DNA from: an uncultured Gammaproteobacteria bacterium
Lineage (GTDB): Bacteria; Patescibacteriota; Microgenomatia; Levybacterales; UBA12049
Assembly (NCBI GenBank): GCA_964408485.1
Contig: CAYOZJ010000001.1
Span: 92,366 to 156,365 of the forward strand
Reading direction: 5' to 3'
DNA: 64,000 nucleotides
Below the pieces are notes generated by a model. That model saw only the letters and a program-made list of their open reading frames with translations, had not been told where the DNA came from and did not search any database. The position numbers were made by a program, and so were the translations under genes. Shown piece after piece: positions 28,734 through 39,181 of this stretch. How positions within the stretch are numbered: the first letter of the stretch is position 1; every line of letters starts with the position of its first letter.

Positions 28734-30560
28734 CTAGCGCACAGGGCTTCCTGGATTAAACGAGATTGTTGGAGTAGCTGTTGGTTTTGTTGTCGGTGTT
28801 GGCGTAATAGTAGGAATAGATGTAGGAATGGGAGTTATGGTAGCAGTAACAGTTGAAACAGATGTTGGTACAATAACTGTTGGTGTTGCAGAAAGTGTTT
28901 GAGTAATTTGTGCAACAGCTGCACTAGCAGAAACATTAGAAAGCCTCGTTATAGAATATGGAGGTAATTGTAGAAGAGTTGGTGGCACTTGACCTGAAAT
29001 ACTTGTTGTCAAAAATGAACTATCTCCTGTTGAAAGAGCTGAGGGAGTTGCGCTTAATTGATTATAAAATTGGGCATTCAGATTTGGAGACAATGAAATT
29101 GTATACGCTGTTGATGAAAGATTGAAAATAATTGCTTGCTTGTATTGTCCACCAGAGAAAAGATACCCAACAAGAGATGGAAAACTGCCAGCGCGTCCAG
29201 AAAGCTGTGGATTGGATGAAAACTGAAGAGAAGCAAATGTTTTTTGTCCATACATCCCTCTCATTACTTCAGTCAAAACAAGTCCTGCAGAACTTAATCC
29301 ATCTTGAATAGTTGTTGGAGCATTTGTACAACCGCTTCGATGGGTATATGCGTCTGTTGTCTTAAAAATGAGTGAAAAATTTGCATTTGCCCATAACGTA
29401 TAGTTAGTAGCTAAATTAATTCTACTGTCAGAAAGCATGCTTGTCAGGAATATTCCATCAAAAAGGCCACTTCCCCAACTTCCATCAATAGCATTATACG
29501 GATCGGAGTAGTTGTATTCTGTAAACCAAAACTTTCCATTTCCCCATGTTTGTAATTGATTCAAAAATGGTTTAATTCCATTTTTCTCATAAAGATATGC
29601 TTGACTCAATAAATCTTTTACACCCTGATCTGTCTGAAGATGTGCATATTCTGATTGCTGCTTCTGGCAATATGTTGTGCCTGTTACTGCCATATTCGGC
29701 GCGGGATATGGATGAATCGTGAGATAATAATTTTTTCCTTTGAGTGCTGTAATAAGCTGGCTATTCCATGTACTATTCGTCCCAAAAACTGCATTTACTC
29801 CCACCTGAACTGTACCATCCCATGCATGAATTCCGTCAATCCATCGCTTGGCAATATTTCCATACGAAGTACCACTTGGAAAAATGCATGTTTCATCTGG
29901 ACTAGAGTTTGGTTGATTTTTATATACCTCATTCCCAAGTTCTACATATTTTACCGATATTCCCATTTGTCTTGCAGCTTTCAGGAAATTTAGTTGATCG
30001 GTTAACACACTTTGCCATTTGCTATCCCATACTTCATTGCATTTCAGATTTATTCCATTGGTTGGTGTAATAAGATTTAATACAAAGATAGGAGTCCCAT
30101 GTGTTTTATCAACCATAGTCTTAAGATCGGTGAGTGTTTGGGTGTAATGAGTGAGATAATATGGATACCCATTTACATACGTCGAACTATATTTTGGTCC
30201 ATGAAGATTCCAGAAAGTTCCATCGTGCCAATTATAATAATTAGCCACTCCCGATGGAAAACGAAAAACAGTTGGTAAGAGATTTCCCAGATTTTGTCCA
30301 AGTGTCCCACCAAGACGTGAGGGATCAATACCATCTATATCTACTCCTGCAAAAGGACCATGAAGCGAAGATTGACTACCAATGCTTACAGAAATTGTAC
30401 CCGTTGATGCTCCTAGTACATTTGACTTAGTCAATATAAGCACTCCAATTAGTACTATGGCCATAAGAAGTGAAAAAGAAATACCAATATATTTAAGATT
30501 AAAAAATGATTTATGCTTCTTATGCCTTACAACCTTTTTAACAACTTTCTTTTTCTTCAC
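28734..30560 (-). CDS. Membrane-anchored exported putative glycoside hydrolase (clan GH-A-like TIM barrel) with a Thr/Pro-rich C-terminal tail
   Basis: Basic N-terminus plus TM helix. VELGNEVY resembles the NEP acid/base motif of clan A glycosidases. C-terminal TPT/IPT repeats. Confidence 0.4.
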   Translation of the reverse strand: MKKKKVVKKVVRHKKHKSFFNLKYIGISFSLLMAIVLIGVLILTKSNVLGASTGTISVSIGSQSSLHGPFAGVDIDGIDPSRLGGTLGQNLGNLLPTVFRFPSGVANYYNWHDGTFWNLHGPKYSSTYVNGYPYYLTHYTQTLTDLKTMVDKTHGTPIFVLNLITPTNGINLKCNEVWDSKWQSVLTDQLNFLKAARQMGISVKYVELGNEVYKNQPNSSPDETCIFPSGTSYGNIAKRWIDGIHAWDGTVQVGVNAVFGTNSTWNSQLITALKGKNYYLTIHPYPAPNMAVTGTTYCQKQQSEYAHLQTDQGVKDLLSQAYLYEKNGIKPFLNQLQTWGNGKFWFTEYNYSDPYNAIDGSWGSGLFDGIFLTSMLSDSRINLATNYTLWANANFSLIFKTTDAYTHRSGCTNAPTTIQDGLSSAGLVLTEVMRGMYGQKTFASLQFSSNPQLSGRAGSFPSLVGYLFSGGQYKQAIIFNLSSTAYTISLSPNLNAQFYNQLSATPSALSTGDSSFLTTSISGQVPPTLLQLPPYSITRLSNVSASAAVAQITQTLSATPTVIVPTSVSTVTATITPIPTSIPTITPTPTTKPTATPTISFNPGSPVR

Positions 30561-30650
30561 ATAAGTAGTGTGAGGTATTTATTTTTTTTCGTCAAGGACT
30601 GAGAAGCTTATGAAGATAAAAGTGATAAAAAAGAATAATTTTTAAAAAAC

Positions 30651-31589
30651 CTATAAAATACTTATTACTACTTTCCCTCTGGGGTGAATATCTTCTTGAT
30701 ACGTAAATGCTTCTTTTGCTTGATCTAATGGATACACTTTATCTACTTGGATTTTTATATGTCCTTCGTCAACTAATTTTGCCAATTCTATTAGTCTTTT
30801 TGTTGTTGTCCGTGTCTGTTGACCAATACTTGTAATGCCCAATTCTTTTGCTTTTTCAGGATTGACTTGCCCAAGCATTGATACAATGATTCCTCCCTTT
30901 TTCAAAACACCAAGAGATTTCTCTCCAGTCTCTCCACCAACCGTATCAAAGACAGCATCCATATCTTTAACGATTGTTTCAAAATGCTGTGTTTTGTAAT
31001 CTATAACTTCATCTGCTCCAAGACCTTTAACAAAATCTATATCTTCTGTCTTAACTGTTGTCACAACATATGCACCCAGAGATTTTGCTAACTGAATTGC
31101 TGTACTCCCAATTCCCCCTGCTCCTCCATGAATGAGAATTTTTTGTCCAGATGAGAGATGCATTTCTTCAGTGAGTGCCTGCAATGCGCTTACGCCAACC
31201 AAAGGTAATGCAGCTGCTTCTGTCCAATTTGCTTTGGCAGGTTTTTTGGCTATACTGGTAATTGGCGCTAAAACGTATTCTGCCATAGATCCACTTCCTC
31301 CTCCTAAAATAATTGCACTGCCATAGACTTCATCTCCTTTAGCAAATTCTGCAACACCATCAAGTACTTCGGTAACTACTCCTGCAAAATCTCCACCCAA
31401 AGTTACGGGAAATTGGAGGGGTACATTTTTAGAAAGCATACCTTCTGAGATTTTCCAATCAATTGCATTAATACCTGCTGCATGGACTTGGACTACAATT
31501 TTACCTTCTGTTGCTTGAGACATGGGAGCATTGGGATTTACCTGAATAACATCAGGCTTTCCGTAGGAATTAATCTGCACTGCTTTCAT
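30651..31589 (-). CDS. NADPH:quinone oxidoreductase / zinc-type alcohol dehydrogenase-like (MDR superfamily)
   Basis: GroES-like N-terminus and Rossmann GGAGGIGS motif. Confidence 0.85.
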   Translation of the reverse strand: MKAVQINSYGKPDVIQVNPNAPMSQATEGKIVVQVHAAGINAIDWKISEGMLSKNVPLQFPVTLGGDFAGVVTEVLDGVAEFAKGDEVYGSAIILGGGSGSMAEYVLAPITSIAKKPAKANWTEAAALPLVGVSALQALTEEMHLSSGQKILIHGGAGGIGSTAIQLAKSLGAYVVTTVKTEDIDFVKGLGADEVIDYKTQHFETIVKDMDAVFDTVGGETGEKSLGVLKKGGIIVSMLGQVNPEKAKELGITSIGQQTRTTTKRLIELAKLVDEGHIKIQVDKVYPLDQAKEAFTYQEDIHPRGKVVISIL

Positions 31590-31658
31590 ACAAACAGCAT
31601 AGCACTATTTATTAAAATCAGTAAAGTAGTTACAAAAAATAAAGTAAGAGAAGTAAAT

Positions 31659-32315
31659 TTAACCTATATGAGCAGATTTTGCTATTATATTTGCGAGCAA
31701 GTTTATACCTAAATCTTTACCTAATCCCAATGCAAAAATAGTCCATTTTTTAATTGTTTCCCAATTCGGATTTCCTTTCTCTATTTCTTCTTGTATTTTT
31801 CTTATTTCTCTTACAATTTCTTCTTTATTTTCTTCGTCAGATTTCTCTATGCTTTCTATAAGAACATTAAAATTACTTACATTATACTTAACAGCAACAT
31901 TATTTTTATTTTCATTAACCTGTATTATTTGGAACAGTGTGTCCTTTTTCTCAAACACAGGAGGTTTCTCTTCTAGAATACTTCCGTCTGTATAACCTTT
32001 TTTAACGGCATTTAATATTCCTATGCCTTGCTTAAGATTATGTTCTGTTGAATTAGATCCACAATTATGCTCAAATTCTTTAACATACGTACTGTGATTT
32101 CCTAAAAAATTCTTGAGATTTGCTAACGATTCCATTCTCCAACTTGGATATAAGTCACTATTCACAGTTGTGAAGTATACAATTTGTGGTTTACTTGCAG
32201 AAAAAGGATCGTATGAATAATCATGTTGCTCATAAGACTCATGCATGACCAAACTCTGCCCTTCACCAATAAGGGTTTCTAACTTATTGACTCTTTCTTG
32301 CTTAGATAAAAGCAT
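31659..32315 (-). CDS. Hypothetical protein, 218 aa
   Basis: ORF only. Acidic Lys/Glu-rich C-terminus. Confidence 0.35.
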   Translation of the reverse strand: MLLSKQERVNKLETLIGEGQSLVMHESYEQHDYSYDPFSASKPQIVYFTTVNSDLYPSWRMESLANLKNFLGNHSTYVKEFEHNCGSNSTEHNLKQGIGILNAVKKGYTDGSILEEKPPVFEKKDTLFQIIQVNENKNNVAVKYNVSNFNVLIESIEKSDEENKEEIVREIRKIQEEIEKGNPNWETIKKWTIFALGLGKDLGINLLANIIAKSAHIG

Positions 32316-32334
32316 AAAAAATTATATTAGAATG

Positions 32335-32697
32335 TTATATCGCAAAATTAAAATACTTACTTTCTCCATAATCATATAAAGAAATTGCATTTCCACTTAC
32401 TGCTCCAGAAAAATGTTTTCCCGTATGATAATCGTAACCATCAAAAGTATTTTGATTAATCGCTAAGTTTATGTATGCACTATTTCCGTAGTGATAAAGC
32501 GAAAAGGTTCCGTTTGATCCAGAACCAGAGATATGTTTTTGGAGAACATAATCAAAAACAGCTATACTCTCCTCTTCCACATTACCATTGATGCTGAGAT
32601 GCTTTGACTGAGAATAATCGTAAACAGCGGAAACGTTTTGCTTAGATATAATTCTTGCTGCAATATATGCAACAGCGTATCTTGTATGTGTTTTCAT
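32335..32697 (-). CDS. Small tandem-repeat protein with three ~35-aa YDY...SG.SGN..SLY.YG.S.Y.N.AI repeats
   Basis: Internal repeats are visible in translation: VYDYSQSKHLSINGNV / VFDYVLQKHISGSGSNGTFSLYHYGNSAYINLAIN / YDYHTGKHFSGAVSGNAISLYDYGESKYFNFAI. Confidence 0.4.
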   Translation of the reverse strand: MKTHTRYAVAYIAARIISKQNVSAVYDYSQSKHLSINGNVEEESIAVFDYVLQKHISGSGSNGTFSLYHYGNSAYINLAINQNTFDGYDYHTGKHFSGAVSGNAISLYDYGESKYFNFAI

Positions 32698-32861
32698 ATT
32701 TTCACCTCCTTTCTTAGAGTTAAAAAAAGGGTAAATGAGTTATTCGTGGGTGTAGCTGATCTGAGGTGGGCAGATAGTTTCTTCACGTAGCTCTCGCCTA
32801 AAGAACAGCATAAACATATCAAACTATGCAAGAAAAATCAACATATGAAAGTTTTATAGGA

Positions 32862-33353
32862 TTATTTTTTATTCCTCAGTAGCACAAAATGGTCAACTTT
32901 TTCACCTCCCAAATGTTTTACTATTTTTTCAATATTTTTTATAAGGGTTTCGTTAGTTTTTATATTGTGCAGATATCTATTAATTTCTTTTTGACGAGAA
33001 GGAGGATATTTTTCAAAAGTGTCTTTTGCTTTCTTATTTTGCGCTAATGCTTTTTGAAGAAGCGGATGTATAGATACTTCGCGAGAAGATTTATCTACAA
33101 AAATTTCAAACTCTGCCCTATCACCTACTTTTACTTTTGTTGCTTTTACCATTATCCCATTTACATATAATCTCCATGCACCCTGATACTTTATTAAAGT
33201 CTGCACAAAATCTTTTCCATTAATTTTTCCAATGACCGGAATTGGACCACGATCTTTACCAAAAGATTTAAATAATTCGGAAAGAACTTTTTCCGGAAGT
33301 AAAACATAAGGATTTACGCCAATAATTTCAATTTCTGCAGAAAAAGTAAGCAT
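32862..33353 (-). CDS. DUF1905 / YdeI-OmpD-associated family protein
   Basis: N-terminal DUF1905-like beta region (PYVLLP...GKINGKDFVQTLIKYQGAWRLYVN) and C-terminal YdeI-like helical region (PPSRQKEINRYL). Confidence 0.6.
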   Translation of the reverse strand: MLTFSAEIEIIGVNPYVLLPEKVLSELFKSFGKDRGPIPVIGKINGKDFVQTLIKYQGAWRLYVNGIMVKATKVKVGDRAEFEIFVDKSSREVSIHPLLQKALAQNKKAKDTFEKYPPSRQKEINRYLHNIKTNETLIKNIEKIVKHLGGEKVDHFVLLRNKK

Positions 33354-33356
33354 TTC

Positions 33357-33977
33357 TTATTTGGATTTATTTAACTTTGCAAGAAAAAGAAGCGTGTTAC
33401 CTACTAAAAATGCTCCTACCAAAATCCCTAGTGTCCATTCCCCTACTCCTCTATACCCAACAATAGTTGGATTAAGGAAAGGATACGGATACCAATGCAC
33501 AAATACTCCACGAAAAAGTGTATACACAACAAATGTCAAAGGAAATATAAGCCACATTGCAACGCTTTTCCATGTATACGTCTTTATTGGAAACACAACC
33601 CACCCAACAACTACCGCAATTGGCATAAGCCCGTGAAGGACCAGCGTTATCCATTCAACGTCTGTTGTTAATTGCTTGCCTCCATGCAAAATTGTCCAGT
33701 ACACAATGCCTGTTATGCACATATATAAAACAGCAGGACCATAACAGTTTTGAATAAACATGTTCTTTTTCAGAGTTTTTAAAGGAGATGCTCCAAGAGT
33801 AAGAAAAACTACAGTAATGAGTATATTGCTAAGAATTGTGAAATAACTAAAGTAATCAACAATAACAGTAAGTGACAATAATAATGCAACCCCAAGCGCA
33901 AGTAAATTAATGAGTCCGAAGAGTAAAAAATACCATCGCATATACTCAGCATAGAGCAAATCTTCTTGTGAATGCAA
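33357..33977 (-). CDS. Integral membrane protein (possibly Pr6Pr family)
   Basis: Six predicted TM helices. HWYPYPFLNP motif. Confidence 0.45.
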   Translation of the reverse strand: MHSQEDLLYAEYMRWYFLLFGLINLLALGVALLLSLTVIVDYFSYFTILSNILITVVFLTLGASPLKTLKKNMFIQNCYGPAVLYMCITGIVYWTILHGGKQLTTDVEWITLVLHGLMPIAVVVGWVVFPIKTYTWKSVAMWLIFPLTFVVYTLFRGVFVHWYPYPFLNPTIVGYRGVGEWTLGILVGAFLVGNTLLFLAKLNKSK

Positions 33978-34000
33978 TGGATTTGTGAAATAGTAACAGT

Positions 34001-34873
34001 ATGAAGAAAGTTTGGCTCACTGTCATTGCAGTTTTGCTTCTTCTTATTGCAGGACTTGTTTTTTACAAACTCCATATCCAACCCAAACCTGCAGACCTTT
34101 CCAAAACACCAGAGACTGCTCTTCTTGCACAAGTTGCCCTTTGGTATCCATCTGCCGGCTGGTCTTCTCCAAAGATAGATAAACAAACAACACTATACGG
34201 CTCCTTTACTGGAGAAAGTATGCAGGCAACGATAAAAAGCGATAAAGCATTTATGGAGCATTACGAAAATGCAGATACGCTCAAGCAAATGGGATTTTTG
34301 CCTGATACCAATCTTTCTGCAGATGGACCAGGGTCGTCTAGTTGGGGATATTCCAATATAACAAGTAACTCCAAACAATTAATTATTTTTTCGTACCGCA
34401 CCAAGCCAACCAATACTAATCCCAACGAACCTGCTCAATTTACCTGCCCTTGTGATAAAACAATTTCTGTTTTTGTAAGTCTCTCCTCTACCCCAACACA
34501 AGCTACTCACGTTAGCACAACGCCAACCCTGAGTTCCTCCGGTTCAACCGGAGTTCAATCGGGGCCAACACTTGCCAATCCTGCATCGGTCAACTGCACC
34601 AACAAAGGCGGAACCTTACTTATTAAAAAGCGCGGAGACGGCGGTGAATATGGACTATGTGATTTTGGTGATAATATGCAATGCGAAGAATGGGCTCTTT
34701 TCCGAGGAGATTGCCCAGTTGGAGGCAGAAAAACAACAGGATTTGATACGATCGATCAAAAATACTGTGCGTGGCTTGGAGGATCTACCTATGCTGTAGA
34801 AAATGCTACATGCCAATTACCCAACGGCCACAATTGCCTAGATACAGATTTGTATAACGGGACGTGTCAGTAA
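34001..34873 (+). CDS. Exported protein with tandem C-terminal DUF333 (putative hemolysin-like) domains
   Basis: NPASVNCTNKGGTLLIKKRGDGGEYGLCDFGDNMQCEEWALFRGDC matches the DUF333 consensus (NPASVYC..GG......G..Y..C.F.DG..CEEWA..RGEC). A second degenerate copy follows. Confidence 0.65.
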   Translation: MKKVWLTVIAVLLLLIAGLVFYKLHIQPKPADLSKTPETALLAQVALWYPSAGWSSPKIDKQTTLYGSFTGESMQATIKSDKAFMEHYENADTLKQMGFLPDTNLSADGPGSSSWGYSNITSNSKQLIIFSYRTKPTNTNPNEPAQFTCPCDKTISVFVSLSSTPTQATHVSTTPTLSSSGSTGVQSGPTLANPASVNCTNKGGTLLIKKRGDGGEYGLCDFGDNMQCEEWALFRGDCPVGGRKTTGFDTIDQKYCAWLGGSTYAVENATCQLPNGHNCLDTDLYNGTCQ

Positions 34874-34874
34874 A

Positions 34875-35603
34875 TTACTTCGTTAGTTTAAATGTAGAAA
34901 GAAATAGTGCAAAATTATTCAATTCCTCAGGCGTTGTGTAGCTATTAGAAATCATATAAATATTTCCATTTGATTTTACATATACTCGATGCTGCTTGTA
35001 TGTACCTGTTGCCACCTCAATAGTCAGGGCTGATTGTCCATTTACTATCGTATCAGGAAGTTTGGTAAATGTTGCTCCTCCACTTGTTGTACTCTGACCA
35101 TTTTGCATTGTTGAGAAAAGATTTATGAAGTCACTAGACATATAGTTGTAGACTGCAATATCTTTTGCATTAAACGTGTCAGAGATAACTGCTGTAAGAA
35201 AGGTTGGCAGTACAGGTTCGTTACTAGGCGTTTTAAAATCCACATAATGGTAATACGTATTGTCCTCATGGGTCGTGAGAGCAGATGGATACTTAACGCT
35301 GTATCCGTATTTATCATTTGTATATGTTGACCAGCTTGCTGTTGGATCTGGAGTTGGTGTTGCTGTTGGGACTAGGGTAACAATGGGCTTTGCAGATTGC
35401 TGCATAGAGGAATTGCTTTGTTTGGTTCCTAAATAGTATCCTCCACAACCAACTCCAGCAATAAGAATAACAACTACAAGAGCAAGAAGGATTTTATTAA
35501 ATGTATTTCCTGATTTTTTCTCTGGAGCTGTTGGTTGTTGTGCAACAATAACAGGCTGTTGTGCTATCGATTGTGACACTGGTTGATTAGGTAATGGATC
35601 CAT
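34875..35603 (-). CDS. Membrane-anchored exported hypothetical protein
   Basis: Gln/Pro-rich N-terminus, a TM helix, then a beta-rich domain. Confidence 0.4.
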   Translation of the reverse strand: MDPLPNQPVSQSIAQQPVIVAQQPTAPEKKSGNTFNKILLALVVVILIAGVGCGGYYLGTKQSNSSMQQSAKPIVTLVPTATPTPDPTASWSTYTNDKYGYSVKYPSALTTHEDNTYYHYVDFKTPSNEPVLPTFLTAVISDTFNAKDIAVYNYMSSDFINLFSTMQNGQSTTSGGATFTKLPDTIVNGQSALTIEVATGTYKQHRVYVKSNGNIYMISNSYTTPEELNNFALFLSTFKLTK

Positions 35604-35621
35604 AAGATAAGTATAGCAAAT

Positions 35622-36275
35622 TTACTCTTCAAACTTCTGTTTCACTATTTCTTCAACTTCTTTGAATGAATTTGCTACCGCATCTGCCTTTTCAGTCTGC
35701 AAGTACCCTTCCCGAAGAAGCGGTGTAAATCCAATAACAAAAGCGCCAGTAGCATTTGCTGACTTAATTCCATTATTGGAATCTTCAAGAATAATTGTTG
35801 TCTCTGGTACAACACCAAGATCCTTCATTGCGTGAAGATATCCTTCAGGACTTGGCTTTGATAAGAGTCCTTCTTCATTGAGTGAAATTGTATAATCAAA
35901 AAGCGTTTTATCCTCTATTTTATCCAAAACCATTTGTATCCATGACCTGCGAGACGAACTAACAATACCAACAATAAATCCTAAATTCTTAAGGGAGGAA
36001 ATAAGATCTTTTAATCCGTCTGTTATAACTGCTTTTTCATACATTTTTTCCGCCTGAACGTCATATTGATGATAGTATTCATTAAGGTCCATTGAAAAAC
36101 CATGCGCTTTTGCAATTGCGTATTCATGATCAAGACTTGTTCCGGTCGTATCCCCCATTGCATCAACAATCTTGTCTCCATAGAGTTTTCTAGCAAAATC
36201 TGCACCGTAAGTTTGCCACTTTTTTTCACTATCAACAATAACCCCATCCAAATCAAAGAGAAATGCGCGTTTCAT
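35622..36275 (-). CDS. HAD-IA family hydrolase (beta-phosphoglucomutase-like)
   Basis: Motif I FLFDLDGVIVDS, motif II S/T, C-terminal EDSNNGI...D. Confidence 0.85.
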   Translation of the reverse strand: MKRAFLFDLDGVIVDSEKKWQTYGADFARKLYGDKIVDAMGDTTGTSLDHEYAIAKAHGFSMDLNEYYHQYDVQAEKMYEKAVITDGLKDLISSLKNLGFIVGIVSSSRRSWIQMVLDKIEDKTLFDYTISLNEEGLLSKPSPEGYLHAMKDLGVVPETTIILEDSNNGIKSANATGAFVIGFTPLLREGYLQTEKADAVANSFKEVEEIVKQKFEE

Positions 36276-36296
36276 GGAGTAATTATACCAAACGTA

Positions 36297-36971
36297 TTAT
36301 AAAGAAGCTTTTTCTACTTCAGAAAGTTTTTTTCGGTGAAACACATTGTTTAGAATAACTATTCCAACCACGATAAAAATCCATGAGAGCGGAGCAAGAA
36401 CCGGATGAATAGAGATAAGTGGAATAGACATCGTAAAAACAACCGGCGCAATGAGCATTCGCATTGTATAGTAACGAATATCTCTCTCGCTCATGTGCGT
36501 ATCTACCAATCTATTATGATGACTAGCATACACCCAAATGGCTGCTAAAAAATAACCCACAACTGCCAAGCTTGCACTATAAAACACCACGATAACAGGT
36601 GTCATAAAGAAATCTCCATACAAATCAACAGGAAATGGTAAAAAGGATAAAAAGATAAGAAATACTAAATTCAACCACACAAGAGAACCGTTATACTTTT
36701 TAACCATACTAAAAATAGCATGATGGTTAAGCCAATAGTACCCAATAACAAGAAAGCTAATAATATTTGCTAAATATTGCGGCCAAAGTATAGTAAATGC
36801 AGATAAAAATTGTGTACTTACTTGTTGTCTAACAATTTGGGGTAAGTCAATTTTTAACACAAGGAGTGTTGCAGCAAAAGCAAAAACAGCATCGGAAAAT
36901 CCTAATACCCTGTCTTCGCTAATAAGATTTCCTACTTCACCGGCAATCTTTTTCTCCTCTTTGTCTTCCAT
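36297..36971 (-). CDS. TMEM175/DUF1211 family potassium channel-like membrane protein
   Basis: Signature RVLGFSDAVFAFAATLLVLKI in TM1 and a six-TM architecture. Confidence 0.7.
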   Translation of the reverse strand: MEDKEEKKIAGEVGNLISEDRVLGFSDAVFAFAATLLVLKIDLPQIVRQQVSTQFLSAFTILWPQYLANIISFLVIGYYWLNHHAIFSMVKKYNGSLVWLNLVFLIFLSFLPFPVDLYGDFFMTPVIVVFYSASLAVVGYFLAAIWVYASHHNRLVDTHMSERDIRYYTMRMLIAPVVFTMSIPLISIHPVLAPLSWIFIVVGIVILNNVFHRKKLSEVEKASL

Positions 36972-37021
36972 GAATTTAGTATAGCATTAACCCTTCGACC
37001 TAGCTCAGGGTTTCGCTTCGC

Positions 37022-38206
37022 TCAAAATGCAGTTTCTTTTGGCTCGACATGACTAATAACCCGAAGAGACAAGAAGTAACAAACAAGCACTAATACACTT
37101 CCAACAAGAAATGGCAAAGGTACAGAAATTGTAGCGACAATTCCTCCCAAGATGGGACCAACAATCATACCAATACTTTGATATGACGCATTAAGTCCCA
37201 TGATAGATCCTTGAGATTTAGCATCTGCTTCCTGCGAGAGAATTGCTGGAATAAGCGTCTGCGCAACGCTATTCACAAATCCCAGAAGAAGTGATATAGC
37301 AACAAACAAATACAATGAGTGTGCAAAAAACATCGCAAAGAAAACAATTGCGGTAAAAAGAAAGCTAAGAGAAAATGCTTTCTTCATACCAAACATTTTA
37401 GAGAATCTCTGAACAAGAAACGTCTGAGAAATAAGCCCAACGATTCCAAAAAGTGTAAAAAGGATTGCATTTTGCTGGGAGGTGACTTTTAGAATATTAA
37501 TGGTGAAGGGCTGAAATCCATAAATAATTGCGCACGAAAATGCAAGGAAGTAAATAAGTGAAATGATAAATGTTGCTCCAAGATTTGGGTCAAATAATGT
37601 ATGCCACAAATGAGAAAAATCGAATAACGACTTCTTCTCTACCTCACCCATATGCTTGTTGGTCTCTGGCAAGTAAAGAGCTGTCAAAACAATTGCAAGA
37701 ATAGTAATTGCCGCTGCGATAAGGAAAGGGACACTCAGGCCAAACCCAACAGTGAGCGCTGAAATTGCAGGACCAAAGACAAATCCAAAGCTAAAAGCCG
37801 CACCGACCAAACCAAATGCTTTTGGCCTTTCTTGTGGCTCTGTCGAATCAGAAATAACTGCAAAAGCAACAGGAATATTACCTGCAGTAATTCCGTCCAA
37901 CATTCGTGCTAAAAAGAGAAATAGTGCATTTGGCGCAAATGCCATAAGGAGAAATGACAATGCTGTACCGGTAATAGATATAAGGAGCAACGGCTTTCTT
38001 CCATATTTATCAGATAGTCTCCCAATAATTGGTGTTGAAATAAATTGGCAAATCGAAAATGACGCAAATAATAATCCATTTTGAAAATCCGATAACCCAA
38101 AATGCTTTGAGTAAGAATACAAAATAGGAATAACAATGCCATAACCAAGCATATTCACGAGTGCAATGAGTGCAATAATTAAAAAGTTGCGGTTTTTGTG
38201 TAACAT
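37022..38206 (-). CDS. MFS transporter
   Basis: 12 TM helices. MFS motif GRLSDKYGRKP between TM2 and TM3. Confidence 0.85.
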   Translation of the reverse strand: MLHKNRNFLIIALIALVNMLGYGIVIPILYSYSKHFGLSDFQNGLLFASFSICQFISTPIIGRLSDKYGRKPLLLISITGTALSFLLMAFAPNALFLFLARMLDGITAGNIPVAFAVISDSTEPQERPKAFGLVGAAFSFGFVFGPAISALTVGFGLSVPFLIAAAITILAIVLTALYLPETNKHMGEVEKKSLFDFSHLWHTLFDPNLGATFIISLIYFLAFSCAIIYGFQPFTINILKVTSQQNAILFTLFGIVGLISQTFLVQRFSKMFGMKKAFSLSFLFTAIVFFAMFFAHSLYLFVAISLLLGFVNSVAQTLIPAILSQEADAKSQGSIMGLNASYQSIGMIVGPILGGIVATISVPLPFLVGSVLVLVCYFLSLRVISHVEPKETAF

Positions 38207-38343
38207 GTATAGCCCATTGTATCAACACACCAAAGACCAAACAACCCAGCAAATTTGCTACGGGCTATTTGACTGCTTCTTTGCAACACAAAGCATAACG
38301 ATACATTTCCTTAACAGCAAATCTAAGCATTTATGCCTTAGAT

Positions 38344-38769
38344 TTGACAGATGATTGTATCCATGATTTGATGAATATAATGCATCTTCCTGAAAGGACT
38401 AAACAAATTATTCTCGCCTGTGTTGTTAGTATTGTTGTTGTCGGACTTGGGCTTTTTGCATCAACCCAATCAGTTACCTATTCCGGCACTCTTCCCTGCG
38501 CTGACTGTGTCGGCATCAAGACAACGCTTACTCTTTACGCCAATCAGACCTACCAATTAAAGTCTCTTTATATCGATAAGGGAGCGCCATTTACCGAAAA
38601 AGGGTCATGGCAAGAAGAGTGGAAAAATAATATGCAGGTGTATGTACTAAAAAGTAACGGAATGCCTAGTTATTACCAAATCATTACCTCAACGACAATA
38701 AAAATGCTTGATGGAGATGGCAATCAAATTCAGGCGCCTTTTAACCAGATACTCAGACGCGTAGATTAG
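38344..38769 (+). CDS. NlpE N-terminal domain (copper-resistance lipoprotein-like) protein
   Basis: YSGTLPCADCVGIKTTLTLYANQTYQL matches the NlpE_N CXXC region. N-terminal TM/signal anchor. Confidence 0.65.
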   Translation: MTDDCIHDLMNIMHLPERTKQIILACVVSIVVVGLGLFASTQSVTYSGTLPCADCVGIKTTLTLYANQTYQLKSLYIDKGAPFTEKGSWQEEWKNNMQVYVLKSNGMPSYYQIITSTTIKMLDGDGNQIQAPFNQILRRVD

Positions 38770-39140
38770 TGAACTACTTTTTGTGCGTGGTTTTTTATCT
38801 TCGTAAGTAATTCTTCCATATCAAATGGTTTTGCAATATAGTCATCAAAGACAGCACGAGCTGCATTTTTCTTAATTTCACTATTTGCTGAGACTAAAAT
38901 AACAGGAAGATTTTTCATTTCCTTATTTCTTCTAATTTCATTGCATACATCAACCCCATTTACTCCCGACATCCACAAGTCGAGAAGAAGTAAGTCTGGC
39001 TTAGTGTCTCGTATCCGTGAAATAACCTTCTTCCCTTCTCTCACCACATCAACATCGTAATCTGCAATTTGTAACATAAGTTGTATTGCATCAAGAATGC
39101 CCTGGTCGTCATCTGCAATAAGGATTTTCGGTTTTACCAT
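38766..39140 (-). CDS. Stand-alone response regulator receiver domain (CheY-like)
   Basis: ILIADDD...D52-like LLLLDLWMSG...K. No output domain. Confidence 0.85.
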   Translation of the reverse strand: MVKPKILIADDDQGILDAIQLMLQIADYDVDVVREGKKVISRIRDTKPDLLLLDLWMSGVNGVDVCNEIRRNKEMKNLPVILVSANSEIKKNAARAVFDDYIAKPFDMEELLTKIKNHAQKVVH

Positions 39141-39181
39141 GGCTATAAGTGTAAAGTATACGTATAAGAATCATGTAAGAA

